A stretch of 64,000 bases of DNA from an uncultured Ktedonobacterales bacterium (GTDB lineage: Bacteria > Chloroflexota > Ktedonobacteria > Ktedonobacterales > JADMIN01), in NCBI GenBank assembly GCA_964427535.1, contig CAYRVF010000001.1, positions 2,217-66,216 of the forward strand, in the 5' to 3' direction. The notes below the pieces were generated by a model, which was not told the DNA's origin, searched no databases, and was given only the letters and a program-made list of their open reading frames with translations. Made by a program: the position numbers and the translations under genes. The stretch's first letter is position 1. Each line of letters begins with the position of its first letter. This document shows positions 9,692 through 18,817 of this stretch, piece by piece.

Positions 9692-11926
9692 ATGCCCACG
9701 CTGTCAGGGACAATCGAGCGCATCGTCTTCCGCAACGAGCAGACGCATTATACCGTCGCCCGGCTGCGGCCCGACGACGCTGGGCGACTGTTTCGCAGCG
9801 AATTGCTCACGCTCGTCGGGTCGCTACCCGGAGTGAACGTGGGCGAGCAGATCGAGGTGACCGGCGCGTGGGAGGCCCACCCCCAGCACGGACGCCATCT
9901 GCGTGTGGCTTCCTTCGCCACGCACACACCTGTCTCCGCCGCCGGGCTGAAGCGCTACCTCGGCTCCGGCGTCATCAAGGGCATCGGTCCCAAGACGGCC
10001 GAGCGCATCGTCGAGCACTTCGGCGAGCAAACCCTCGCCATTCTGGAGCTGGAGCCCGAGCGGCTGACCGAGGTGCGCGGCATCAGCGCGGCTAAGCGCG
10101 ACGTCATCGTGCGCGGCTGGACCGAGCAGCAAGACATTCGCGACATCATGCTGTTTTTGCAAGGGCACGGCGTCTCGCCAGGGCTGGCCGCCAAAATCTA
10201 CCGGCAGTACGGCAAGGCGTCCGAGCAGACCATCCGCGAGAATCCCTACCAGCTCGAACGCGACATCTACGGCGTCGGCTTCCGCACCGCCGACACGCTC
10301 GCCGTCACCCTCGGGCTACCGCGCGACAGCATCCCCCGCCTGATGACCGGCATCAAGCACACGCTCTCGGAAGCGGCATCGGCCGACGGCCACTGCTATC
10401 TGCCGCGCGCCGAGCTGCTGACGCGCGCCGCCGCGCTGCTGCAGGTGACGGAGGAGGCGCTGACGCCCGCGCTGGAGCAGCTCCGGCGCGAGAAGGAGGT
10501 CTTCGTCGAGGCGGACGGCGACGGCGCGGACGATGACGAGCGCGTCTATCTCGCGCCGTTCTTCTACGCCGAGCAGGGCGCGGCGCGGCGGCTTCGCCTG
10601 CTCTTGCGTGCGCCGAGTCCGCTGCCGCCGGTCTCCGCCGCTGAGTGGCAGGCGACGTTTACGCAGATGCGGCACGAGCGCGGCATCCGCCTCTCGGAGG
10701 GCCAGCGCGACGCCGTACGCCTGGCCTACAGCGAGAAGGTGATGGTGCTGACAGGTGGGCCGGGGGTCGGCAAGACGACGGCACTGCGCGCACTGCTCGA
10801 TATCTTCGACGCGCGCGGCGTGACGTACGCCCTCGCGGCGCCGACCGGACGCGCGGCCCGGCGTATGGCGGAGGCGACCGGACGCCCCGCCTCGACCCTG
10901 CACCGGCTGCTGGAGTTCGTGCCCAGCAGCAACGACTTCCTCTACAACGAGGACCGCCCGCTGCCGCAGCAGGTGATTCTCGTGGATGAGGCGTCGATGC
11001 TCGACATCCTGCTGGCGTACCGGCTGTTGCGGGCAGTGCATCCGGCGGCGCATCTGCTGCTGGTGGGCGACGCCGATCAGCTCCCCTCGGTCGGCCCCGG
11101 CGCCGTGCTGGCGGACATCCTCCGCAGCGCCGCCGTGCCCAGTGTGCATCTGACGGAGCTGTTTCGCCAGGCGCGTGAGAGCGCGATCGTCGTGACGGCG
11201 CACGGCATCCACGCGGGCGAGATGCCGCCGCTGCGCTCCGCGCCGAGCGCCGACTTCTTCTTTCTGCCCGCCGCCGACCCGGCCGCCGCCGCGCACACCG
11301 TCACCGATCTCGTCGGGCGCCGCTTACCCGCGCGGTATGGCTTCGATCCCATCCGCGAGATTCAGGTGCTCGCGCCGATGTATAAGGGGCCGGCGGGCGT
11401 CAGCGCGCTCAACCAGGCGCTGCAGGCGCGGCTAAATCCGACGCCTCCGGCCGAGGTGCCGTTCGGCGAGACGTCTTTCCGTGTGGGCGACAATGTGATG
11501 CAGGTGCGCAACAACTACGACAAAGGGGCGGGCGGCGTCTTCAACGGCGACGTGGGGTATGTCGTCGAGGTGGGTGAGCAGAACCGCCTCACCGTGCTCT
11601 TCGCCGACGACAACGGCGGCATTCCGGTCGAGTACGAGGCGCACGAGCTCGACGAGCTGACGCTGGCCTACGCCTGCAGCATCCACCGCGCGCAGGGCAG
11701 CGAGTATCCGTGCGTCGTCGTGCCGCTGGTGATGCAGCACTACATGCTGCTGCAGCGCAACCTGCTCTACACGGCGATTACCCGCGCCAAGCGGTTGTGT
11801 GTCGTGGTGGGCGACCCGCGCGCGTTGCGCCGGGCCGTCGAGAACAACGCCCTCGCCACGCGCAACACCGGCCTCGCCCAGCGCCTGCTGGGTCCGGTGC
11901 TGCCGGGAGTGACGATCGAGAGGTGA
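9692..11926 (+). CDS. recD2: RecD2-type (YrrC-like) SF1B ATP-dependent DNA helicase
   Basis: N-terminal SGTIERIVFRNEQTHYTVARL, an HhH region, Walker A LTGGPGVGKTT, Walker B VDEASMLD, LVGDADQLPSVGPG, and C-terminal SIHRAQGSEYP. The start is moved to ATG 9692. The track start at 9341 adds a Cys/Ala/Arg-rich extension. Confidence 0.9.
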   Translation: MPTLSGTIERIVFRNEQTHYTVARLRPDDAGRLFRSELLTLVGSLPGVNVGEQIEVTGAWEAHPQHGRHLRVASFATHTPVSAAGLKRYLGSGVIKGIGPKTAERIVEHFGEQTLAILELEPERLTEVRGISAAKRDVIVRGWTEQQDIRDIMLFLQGHGVSPGLAAKIYRQYGKASEQTIRENPYQLERDIYGVGFRTADTLAVTLGLPRDSIPRLMTGIKHTLSEAASADGHCYLPRAELLTRAAALLQVTEEALTPALEQLRREKEVFVEADGDGADDDERVYLAPFFYAEQGAARRLRLLLRAPSPLPPVSAAEWQATFTQMRHERGIRLSEGQRDAVRLAYSEKVMVLTGGPGVGKTTALRALLDIFDARGVTYALAAPTGRAARRMAEATGRPASTLHRLLEFVPSSNDFLYNEDRPLPQQVILVDEASMLDILLAYRLLRAVHPAAHLLLVGDADQLPSVGPGAVLADILRSAAVPSVHLTELFRQARESAIVVTAHGIHAGEMPPLRSAPSADFFFLPAADPAAAAHTVTDLVGRRLPARYGFDPIREIQVLAPMYKGPAGVSALNQALQARLNPTPPAEVPFGETSFRVGDNVMQVRNNYDKGAGGVFNGDVGYVVEVGEQNRLTVLFADDNGGIPVEYEAHELDELTLAYACSIHRAQGSEYPCVVVPLVMQHYMLLQRNLLYTAITRAKRLCVVVGDPRALRRAVENNALATRNTGLAQRLLGPVLPGVTIER

Positions 11927-11955
11927 TCGCCCGCCTCGCCGGTACTCTGAGCGCG

Positions 11956-12687
11956 TCACATCAGCAGCGCGATGACGGCGACCGCCGCGCCCGAGACGAC
12001 GAGACCGAAGCCGCCGAGCGCGAGGTAGCGCAGCCCCCGCGGACTGAACGACACGCTCATCCAGTCGCGTGCGATCTGCCAGCGCTGGTGCCACCAGGCG
12101 ACGAGAGCGTCGCGGTGCCGCAGGGCGCTGCGTATGATGACGGCGACCACGATCAGGGCGAGCAACCCCAGCCCGAACTGCTGCACAATGCGTTCGATGA
12201 GCGGCAACTGATGCCCGAAGAGGTAGCCGAGCGTGCCCATCAGCGAGGCCCAGACGATGCCGCCCGTCGCGTTCCACAACAGGAAGCGGTTGTAGGGCAT
12301 GCGGCTGATGCCCGCGAGCACCGCGCTGAAGATGCGGCCCACCGGCACGAACCGTCCGAGGAAGACGGTCTTCTCGCCGTGGCGCGCGAAGAACGCCTCC
12401 GCCTTGACGAGCTTCGCCTCATCGAAGCGCAGTAGCCGCCCGTGTTTGCGCAGCAACGCCAGACCCGACGTGCGGCCGATCCAGTAGCCGCAGGTATCGC
12501 CGACGATCGCGCCGAGCGCCGCCGCTGCGATGACGCCCGGCAGCCAGAGCTTGCCCGTCGCCGCCAGCGCACTGGCGACCAGCAGCGAGGTCTCACCCGG
12601 CAGCGGCACGCCCGCACTCTCGGCCATCACGACGAGAAAGACGACGAAGTAGCCGTACGTCGCGACCCACGTGACGACCATCTGCAT
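11956..12687 (-). CDS. DedA-family (SNARE-associated) membrane protein
   Basis: YGYFVVFLVVMAESAGVPLPGETSLLVA...GRFVPVGRIFSAVLAGISRMPYNRFLLWNATGGIVWA. The start is set at ATG 12687 (MQMVVTW). The track start at 12966 is probably spurious. Confidence 0.85.
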   Translation of the reverse strand: MQMVVTWVATYGYFVVFLVVMAESAGVPLPGETSLLVASALAATGKLWLPGVIAAAALGAIVGDTCGYWIGRTSGLALLRKHGRLLRFDEAKLVKAEAFFARHGEKTVFLGRFVPVGRIFSAVLAGISRMPYNRFLLWNATGGIVWASLMGTLGYLFGHQLPLIERIVQQFGLGLLALIVVAVIIRSALRHRDALVAWWHQRWQIARDWMSVSFSPRGLRYLALGGFGLVVSGAAVAVIALLM

Positions 12688-13769
12688 CCCACGCACCGCC
12701 TTCCCGTCAACCCCACCAACCACTATCTGTGCCCGCGCCGCCTGAACCGTCCTCACACAGCGCAGGCTGCCAGCATGTCCATTGTCGCACAGGCACGTGA
12801 ACCTGCTATGAAATGCAACGCACGAGCGCGGCCAAATCGGCGAAATGTAGGCGGTAGCGCCCATCCGGTCCCTAGGTCTCGCGTGCGGGTAGGCGGGCAG
12901 GCACCGCACTCGGTCTGCGCATCCAGCCTGACGAGTATACGGGCAAGCGGCTGCCAGAGTTGCCACTCGGCTGGGGAGTGTCGTGTCGGGTAATAGCTAC
13001 GGATGCCACATGCCTGCCCTGGTGAGGGCGGACAACTAGCGCCATGCGAGACACACGCCCAGCCTCGGTCGGGAGTAACTGCCCATTGGCGTCGCGCCTG
13101 AGCGTTTCGTAGGCTGCCATTGCAGCAGACGAGGGCATTCCTACGCCGCTGCCGAACCGAGAAGAGAACGCCGTTTCCGCATCCTGCTGACGGGTGGCGC
13201 TGGCTCCATCGGGTCACGTACCGTCGAGGCGTCCTCTCTGGCTGCTGGACGCGACGTGGCCGTTGTGGAGAGCGTGCGGTCGTGCGGCGGCAGCCTATGT
13301 TCCAACATGCCAGCCAGTTGGTGTCTAGCCGTACCACGTCTCCGCTGTGCGCCCTGACACGATCGCTCGCGGCATGTGCGGACGAGACGTGGCGGCGTGG
13401 CCAGCGCACTGTATCGGGCACGTGCCTCGATGGCGTCGCGCAGCCGAGAGCCATTCAGTGGGCGCCGCGGTAGCGAACTCCAGCCAGTTCACGTATACTG
13501 ACTGCGACGGCCTTCCGTCCTGCCATCAACGCGCTACAGACGCGCTCCAGCAAGCTCGCCCCCGCGCCTGGCATGTCCAGGTATCCACACGGTTATGTGG
13601 CCGCGGGTCTCGTGTTGATGGCGATCCGCCTCCCGAAGAAATCGGCAAGGCGGCTGTTTAGCCATACATGCCATCTACCTAAGATATCGTTCACCAATCG
13701 GACAGTTCCTACTCCACTGCCTCTGGTTCATAGCCTCTGCACCCGTCGCCCGCTACCAGGAGGCTTACC

Positions 13770-14417
13770 GTGAAAGTACTCATCGCCAGCAACCGTACGC
13801 TTATTGGCCAGTCGCTGCTGACCTCGCTTCCCAACCTTTCATCAAGTGATGCGGTCGACGCTCGGCACTGCACGCTTGCAACGGTCTCAGAGGCTGTGCG
13901 GATTGAGGCTCCACATGTCGTTCTTGTGGATGCGACGACCAACTACGCCAGTGCCATCAGCACGATGCGCAAGCTGATCGAAGATATCCCCGATGTGTAC
14001 GTTGTCTTGCTGGGGGCGGAGAGCGATGAGGCATCGATCTACGAGGCAATTCTTGAGGGGGCTGCCGGGTACGTTACGATGGATGAGTCCCTCGATGCGC
14101 TACGGAACACGCTGCACGGGGTCATGCGCGGCGAGCTGGGGCTCTCGCGTGCTGCCGCCCAGCGGGTCGTGCGTCAATTGCGCAAGACGGCGCGCGCGTC
14201 TTCGTCGCAGACAAACGAGATGGAACACAAACTAACAGCCCGTGAGCAGCAAGTGTTCGACCTTGTGCGGCGTGGCCAGCGCAGTCGCGAGATCGCCGAG
14301 CAACTCTCCATCGCCGAAGCTACAGTGTACAAGCACATCCAAAATATCCTGGACAAGCTGCAGGTCCACAGCCGCACGCAGGCGATCTTCATGTCAAGCA
14401 CACATGAGGATTCATAA
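13770..14417 (+). CDS. LuxR/NarL-type DNA-binding regulator with a degenerate (pseudo-)receiver domain
   Basis: GTG start preceded by GGAGG. C-terminal HTH LTAREQQVFDLVRRGQRSREIAEQLSIAEATVYKHIQNILDKL. The receiver keeps the central LVD but has ASN in place of the N-terminal DD pair, LLGAE in place of the T/S position, and YVTMD in place of the conserved Lys. Confidence 0.8.
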   Translation: MKVLIASNRTLIGQSLLTSLPNLSSSDAVDARHCTLATVSEAVRIEAPHVVLVDATTNYASAISTMRKLIEDIPDVYVVLLGAESDEASIYEAILEGAAGYVTMDESLDALRNTLHGVMRGELGLSRAAAQRVVRQLRKTARASSSQTNEMEHKLTAREQQVFDLVRRGQRSREIAEQLSIAEATVYKHIQNILDKLQVHSRTQAIFMSSTHEDS

Positions 14418-14460
14418 CAGCCTCTGTCGATCGACAACCTGTGTCGATCGACAGAGGCTG
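14418..14460. terminator. Strong bidirectional hairpin (18-bp perfect stem, 7-nt loop) between convergent regulator genes
   Basis: CAGCCTCTGTCGATCGAC aacctgt GTCGATCGACAGAGGCTG begins at the base after the TAA stop at 14415-14417. Each arm contains the nested palindrome TCGATCGA. Confidence 0.65.
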
Positions 14461-14566
14461 GGCTTGCTCGAATGCTGGTCAGGTTGCGTCTCTTGGGGCT
14501 CGCTAGCTGCCGTGCCCTGCCGTGGCGTGCCATGAAGGCAGGCCTCATCCCTAGCTCCCACACAGA

Positions 14567-15298
14567 CTACTCCGCAGTGACGAGCCCTTTCCTGATGGCA
14601 TAGAGCACAGCTTGTGAGCGGTCAAAGATTCCCAGCTTGCGATAGATGTTGCTGATATGATTCCGCACCGTCTTTTCGCTGATGTGCAACTCGTGCGCAA
14701 TCTCTTTGGCGACCATGCCCCGGGCAATCATGGCGACCATCTGGAGCTCGCGCGGTGTCAGTCCATCGTAGTGATCGTTGCGCTCAGCACTGTGCTTGTT
14801 CAGGAGCTCCACCACATGCCCCGCTACGCTGGGCTCCATGACCTTCTGACCTGCCACGACGGCAAGCACGCCAGAGACGAGGGCAGACGGCGAGGCGTCT
14901 TTGAGCAGATAGCCGTCGGCGCCAGCCATCAAGGCTTCGATCACATACCCATCGTACACGAATGAGGTCAGGATGACGATGTGGACCTCCCGCCTCCGAG
15001 CCTTGATCTCGCGGATGGCCTGAATGCCATCCAGAACAGGCATGCGGATGTCCAGGAGGACAACGTCAGGCTGCACATCATCAACCAGATCGATCGCTTC
15101 CTGCCCGTTGCTTCCGCACCCGACCACGTGAATCCGGGAGTCGGCATCGAGCAGCGTTGCAATGCCTTCGCGCAGGAGGCGCTGATCGTCCACCACAAGC
15201 ACGCGAATAGGTCTTGTGGATTCACCTACGGAAGCACTCAGCATACTCTCCACAGCACACTCCTCTCGAGAGCTTGCTTCGTCACTCGACAACCGCAC
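14567..15298 (-). CDS. NarL/FixJ-family response regulator
   Basis: IRVLVVDDQRLLREG, VVLLDIRMPVLDG, IVILTSF, and HTH LTPRELQMVAMIARGMVAKEIAHELHISEKTVRNHISNIYRKL. The alternative start ATG 15244 is equally plausible. Confidence 0.9.
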   Translation of the reverse strand: MRLSSDEASSREECAVESMLSASVGESTRPIRVLVVDDQRLLREGIATLLDADSRIHVVGCGSNGQEAIDLVDDVQPDVVLLDIRMPVLDGIQAIREIKARRREVHIVILTSFVYDGYVIEALMAGADGYLLKDASPSALVSGVLAVVAGQKVMEPSVAGHVVELLNKHSAERNDHYDGLTPRELQMVAMIARGMVAKEIAHELHISEKTVRNHISNIYRKLGIFDRSQAVLYAIRKGLVTAE

Positions 15299-15337
15299 GG
15301 AGACGCTGGAGGATGCGTGTCGCGGCTGGATGGCAAT

Positions 15338-16123
15338 CTACCCGGTGCGTGAGACTGTGTGCCATAGGGCATCTGATGCGCTCACGAGCGCAAGGTCTCC
15401 GCGAGTGTCGACACTGTGAGGATGGGGCAGCAACAGCTCGAGCCGCATTCCGCGGTTAGGTGCGGTCACGATGTTCACGCGTCCGCCCAGCATCCGTACA
15501 CGATCCCGTATACTGCGGATGCCGAAGCCAGACCCTGATCCGGCGTGGTGTCCACTCTCGAGCGCGCTGCTGTGGCAGCCGACGCCGTCGTCGATGACGA
15601 TGATCGATAACCCAGCAGCGTGGCGCTCTAGGAGAACACTGACTGAGGATGCCGAGGCATGCTTCTCTACATTCGTCAGTGCCTCTCGCACAGCCAGGAA
15701 CAGGTGTGAGTTCCAGTGCGGCGGCAGCTCGTCTGGCCAGTCGTGCTGCTCGACGGTTAGCCGCATACCCCGACTCGCGAACTGCGGTTGTATCGAGTGC
15801 TGGATTGCCTCGACGAGAGTTGACTCGCACGCGGTTTGGGGCGCTGCATGTAAGCCAGCCAAGGAAGACCGTAAGGCATTCAATGCTTCTTGAGCCAGCC
15901 CTTTCCAGAGACCCAGGTCCACCTCCAGCCGCCCCGTCTCCAGAGGCTCACGCTCCAGTCGGTTGAAGCTCACCACGAGGGAGGTCAGCGGCTGAATGAC
16001 CGTGTCATGCAAGTCGCGGGCGAGGGCGCGGCGCTGGAGTTCGCAGGCATCCGCGATCATGAGCTGCTCCGTCGTGCTACCATGGAGACGCTGTGCGGCC
16101 CCAGACATCTGAGCATCACGCAT
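15338..16123 (-). CDS. Soluble HisKA_3-type histidine kinase (no TM or sensor domain)
   Basis: 261 aa. H-box LARDLHDTVIQPL, N-box EALTNVEKHA, G1 DDGVG, G2 GFGIRSIRDRV. Lies 39 nt upstream of the regulator gene on the same strand. Confidence 0.85.
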   Translation of the reverse strand: MRDAQMSGAAQRLHGSTTEQLMIADACELQRRALARDLHDTVIQPLTSLVVSFNRLEREPLETGRLEVDLGLWKGLAQEALNALRSSLAGLHAAPQTACESTLVEAIQHSIQPQFASRGMRLTVEQHDWPDELPPHWNSHLFLAVREALTNVEKHASASSVSVLLERHAAGLSIIVIDDGVGCHSSALESGHHAGSGSGFGIRSIRDRVRMLGGRVNIVTAPNRGMRLELLLPHPHSVDTRGDLALVSASDALWHTVSRTG

Positions 16124-17033
16124 GACTCACCTCACTCACGTAGGGCGTACCTGCTACGCAGACATACGCAGAGTCGGGTGGCTACCCGTAGAGCCCGTTA
16201 CAGACGGAAGTTGATCGACCGTAGGAGGCGGGTATACCATTCACAGAGAGCCCCTTCCCTGCCAATGCGAATGACGCTGGATTCAAACGGCGCTCGTGCA
16301 CCTGGTGGCAGACCGACCGGCTTCTGGCCCGTCGCCACTCCGCACACTGGCGCGCAGACGACAGGAGACACAGCGCACCGGATCGGACAGTCAAGCCGGC
16401 ATCGTCTCCTTAGCTAGTGATTCCTTGGCTTTGGTCCATCCACACTGTCAGTCGTGCGGCGCCCAGATCGCTGATTACATGGGAGTGTGTTTCAGCATGC
16501 AAGCCTACAGTGGGCGCTACAATGGCGGAAGGCGAAGTGCCGCTCACGACGAGCAGAGCTGTGCAAACGGCTCCATCTCCCAACTCTCCGCGACTGTCCA
16601 CCCGCCAGATGAGCACCTCGAACGTGCAGATTGTGGGGCGCACGTCGCACTTCAGGCCGCGTCACATGAGATGCAGGCCTCGCTCTATCCAGTGAGCGAC
16701 CCGTCAAAGACACGTTTAGTGGCACCCACAAGGCAGCGTATCTCAACTCAGCGGTAGGGACAACTCTAGAATTCGTTATCTTCAGCAGGGAGAATTGGTA
16801 GGCATCATACGACGCCTCATCGTTGTGAGGCGTCTGTAAGTGAGGTGTATGCTCCGCGGGCCAAACATGCAGAGCGCGATCGTTGGATTACAGCGGCTGC
16901 TTCGAGCCCACATCGTCTCAAGTCATCGAGGGCAGGCCCGTACGGGTAAAGATTATGCTTCCTTGATGGCGTGGCGCAGTCGGACCTCGTCAGCCAGCGC
17001 CAGCGTAAGGGAAAATTGACCCAGCCGGGTGCC

Positions 17034-17102
17034 GGGAAAAAAATACGCAAAAGTGGGCACGGCCAGGCACGGAAAAAGTACGCAAAAGTGAGCATGGCCA
17101 GG
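17034..17102. repeat. Two tandem ~33-nt direct repeats (period 35 nt) with identical core TACGCAAAAGTG and shared GGCCAGG tail
   Basis: GGGAAAAAAATACGCAAAAGTGGGCACGGCCAGG and CGGAAAAAGTACGCAAAAGTGAGCATGGCCAGG, read directly. They lie in a ~1.1 kb stretch with no credible ORF. Confidence 0.6.
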
Positions 17103-17241
17103 TAGTGACACTGGTATTGACGTGGGGTGGCGTCCCTACACTGTCCATGCGGTATCGCCAGCAGCCTCCTACCAGCGAAAAGCTACCCGACCCAACCCTC
17201 TCTTGTCGACCCGGCAGCCACGCCTGGCATGTGACAGCGCC

Positions 17242-17655
17242 TCATTGCAGGAGCACGTCGCTGACGGCCGTTATCCTCACCACCGTTCCGGCTCCAAGTT
17301 CGTGTAGGAGGAGCCGGGGCGCGGCGAGCGGCGACTCTGCAAGCGTCGCACTTATCACTGTCGGTGGGTAGCTAGAGAAGAGAGAGGCAATGAGCTGAGC
17401 CCTCTGCTGGAGCAGCTCTCCATCGCTGTCCAACACCACGATGACGCGTGGCCGAAGCGACGTTATGGCAGCGAGATACTTCTGGCCCTCCCAGGAAACG
17501 ACACGAAGTGGCAAGCTATCACCGAGAAGACTACGGACCATATCTTCGCCCATCTCGAGATCGGTGATGACCACACACACGGGCTCGGTGAAGGATCCCC
17601 GGATGGTGGCCTCGATCCCATGACTCGGTTGGCCTGGCATATCGATCCTCGTCAT
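17242..17655 (-). CDS. Possible stand-alone receiver-like (CheY-fold) protein; weak call
   Basis: The 137-aa ORF shows an alternating beta/alpha-like pattern: VCVVITD .. PRVIVVLDSD .. PTVISAT .. GAGTVV. No conserved Lys was seen and the codon bias is moderate. Confidence 0.35.
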   Translation of the reverse strand: MTRIDMPGQPSHGIEATIRGSFTEPVCVVITDLEMGEDMVRSLLGDSLPLRVVSWEGQKYLAAITSLRPRVIVVLDSDGELLQQRAQLIASLFSSYPPTVISATLAESPLAAPRLLLHELGAGTVVRITAVSDVLLQ

Positions 17656-18154
17656 GTCATATCAGGTGAAGCACACGTATTGGAGCTGTGCTCAGACAGG
17701 CCGCTATCCTCTCGATTACAGCCCGTTTCACGTAGGCTCAGCAGGGCGTTTGGGCAACGGGGGTGCAAACAGCGTTGGACGTCGTGCCCGCGGCGTGTGC
17801 AGACGTCTTGCCCCTGTGTCGTCCGCTCATGCGCGTCGGCTCGGCACGGCTGGTGGTGTTTACTGCTGTCTTGCTTGCCCCCAATGGCAAGGATATTCTC
17901 TACAGTGACCTAACCGCCTGGAGCGTGGAGTCCGTCATCTCCAGCAGAGGCATGTCACTGTAGTCAATGCTACTGTACTCATGCATGCGGGGCATCTGCG
18001 CTGGGGAAAACCCTAGAATTGCCCGGGACTCTTGGCGTCGCGGTCAAGGAGGTACATAAGGGGAAACGAGTACCTCGACTGCCGCTCACGCTTTGTCGGA
18101 TCCTTACTTGCTCGTGCAGCGCACTTCAGCAGCGCGCCCTGCCAGCATTCCATG

Positions 18155-18817
18155 CTACCCTGGCATCTGCCGCTGCTGCTGCTCTGGTTGGCAGATGCCC
18201 TGCTGCAACGCGATGCTCACCGCCTCAGCGCGTGAGCGCGCGCCGAGCTTTTCGAGCACGTTGCAGACATGGAACTCGACAGTCTTCAGTGACACACTCA
18301 GCGCCTCGGCGACTTGTGTGTTCCGATAGCCAGCGACCAGCAGCTGAAGGACATCGTATTCCCGAGCGGTCAATGACAGTACCGCACTGCCTGCGAGTAC
18401 CCGCGCGGCCTCCCCCATGATGACGGTGCTTCCGGCCGCTACGGCGTGCAGTGCCGCCACAAGCTGAGGTCCCGAGGCGCTCTTCGGGAGATACCCCTGT
18501 ATCCCCAGCTGCAGGAGCGCACGCGCGTAGGCGCGTTCGTCATAGCCCGTGACCACAAGCACTTTGACGGAGGGGAACCTGGCGTGTATCTGACGCGCCA
18601 CCTCGATGCCGCTGACATCTGGAAGGCGCACGTCCAGGAGGACGATATCTGGACGTTGCGCGCTCACCTGCCGCAGACCCTCCAGGCCCTCGCCCACCGC
18701 GCCGACGACCTCGACCCCCGTCGTGCGCTCCAGAAGCATGCGGGTGCCCTCTCGCAGCATCGGATGATCATCAACGATGAGCACTCTGATAGGCCATTGT
18801 TGGCTGGATATGTTCAT
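18155..18817 (-). CDS. NarL/FixJ-family response regulator
   Basis: IRVLIVDDHPMLREG, IVLLDVRLPDVSG, VLVVTGY, and HTH LTAREYDVLQLLVAGYRNTQVAEALSVSLKTVEFHVCNVLEKL. The start overlaps the upstream kinase stop by 47 nt. Confidence 0.9.
   Translation of the reverse strand: MNISSQQWPIRVLIVDDHPMLREGTRMLLERTTGVEVVGAVGEGLEGLRQVSAQRPDIVLLDVRLPDVSGIEVARQIHARFPSVKVLVVTGYDERAYARALLQLGIQGYLPKSASGPQLVAALHAVAAGSTVIMGEAARVLAGSAVLSLTAREYDVLQLLVAGYRNTQVAEALSVSLKTVEFHVCNVLEKLGARSRAEAVSIALQQGICQPEQQQRQMPG

Noticed and set aside
12753-13454. 233-aa minus-strand ORF and the overlapping 117-aa plus-strand ORF in the 1.1-kb gap
   Set aside because: Arg/Cys/Trp-rich composition, no third-position GC bias, mutually overlapping frames and no motifs. 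Treated as non-coding or decayed sequence.
16296-16757. 153-aa plus-strand ORF containing HPHCQSCG (possible zinc-ribbon)
   Set aside because: A single CxxC, no second Cys pair, poor codon bias and no RBS. Insufficient evidence.
16817-17095. 92-aa minus-strand ORF spanning the tandem 35-nt repeats, considered as a decayed transposase end or a small protein
   Set aside because: Its repetitive peptide (..HFCVLF../..TFAYFF..) only reflects the DNA repeat. There is no RBS and no family resemblance I can defend. The repeat's resemblance to Tn3-type terminal repeats is too vague to call a mobile element.
18771-18817. The 47-nt overlap between the kinase 3' end and the regulator start, considered as a frameshift or assembly error
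   Set aside because: Both frames give complete, canonical domain ends (full HATPase G2 box; the regulator begins just before the IRVLIVDD strand). Even the latest plausible regulator start (GTG 18784) still overlaps. Overlap is consistent with translational coupling.
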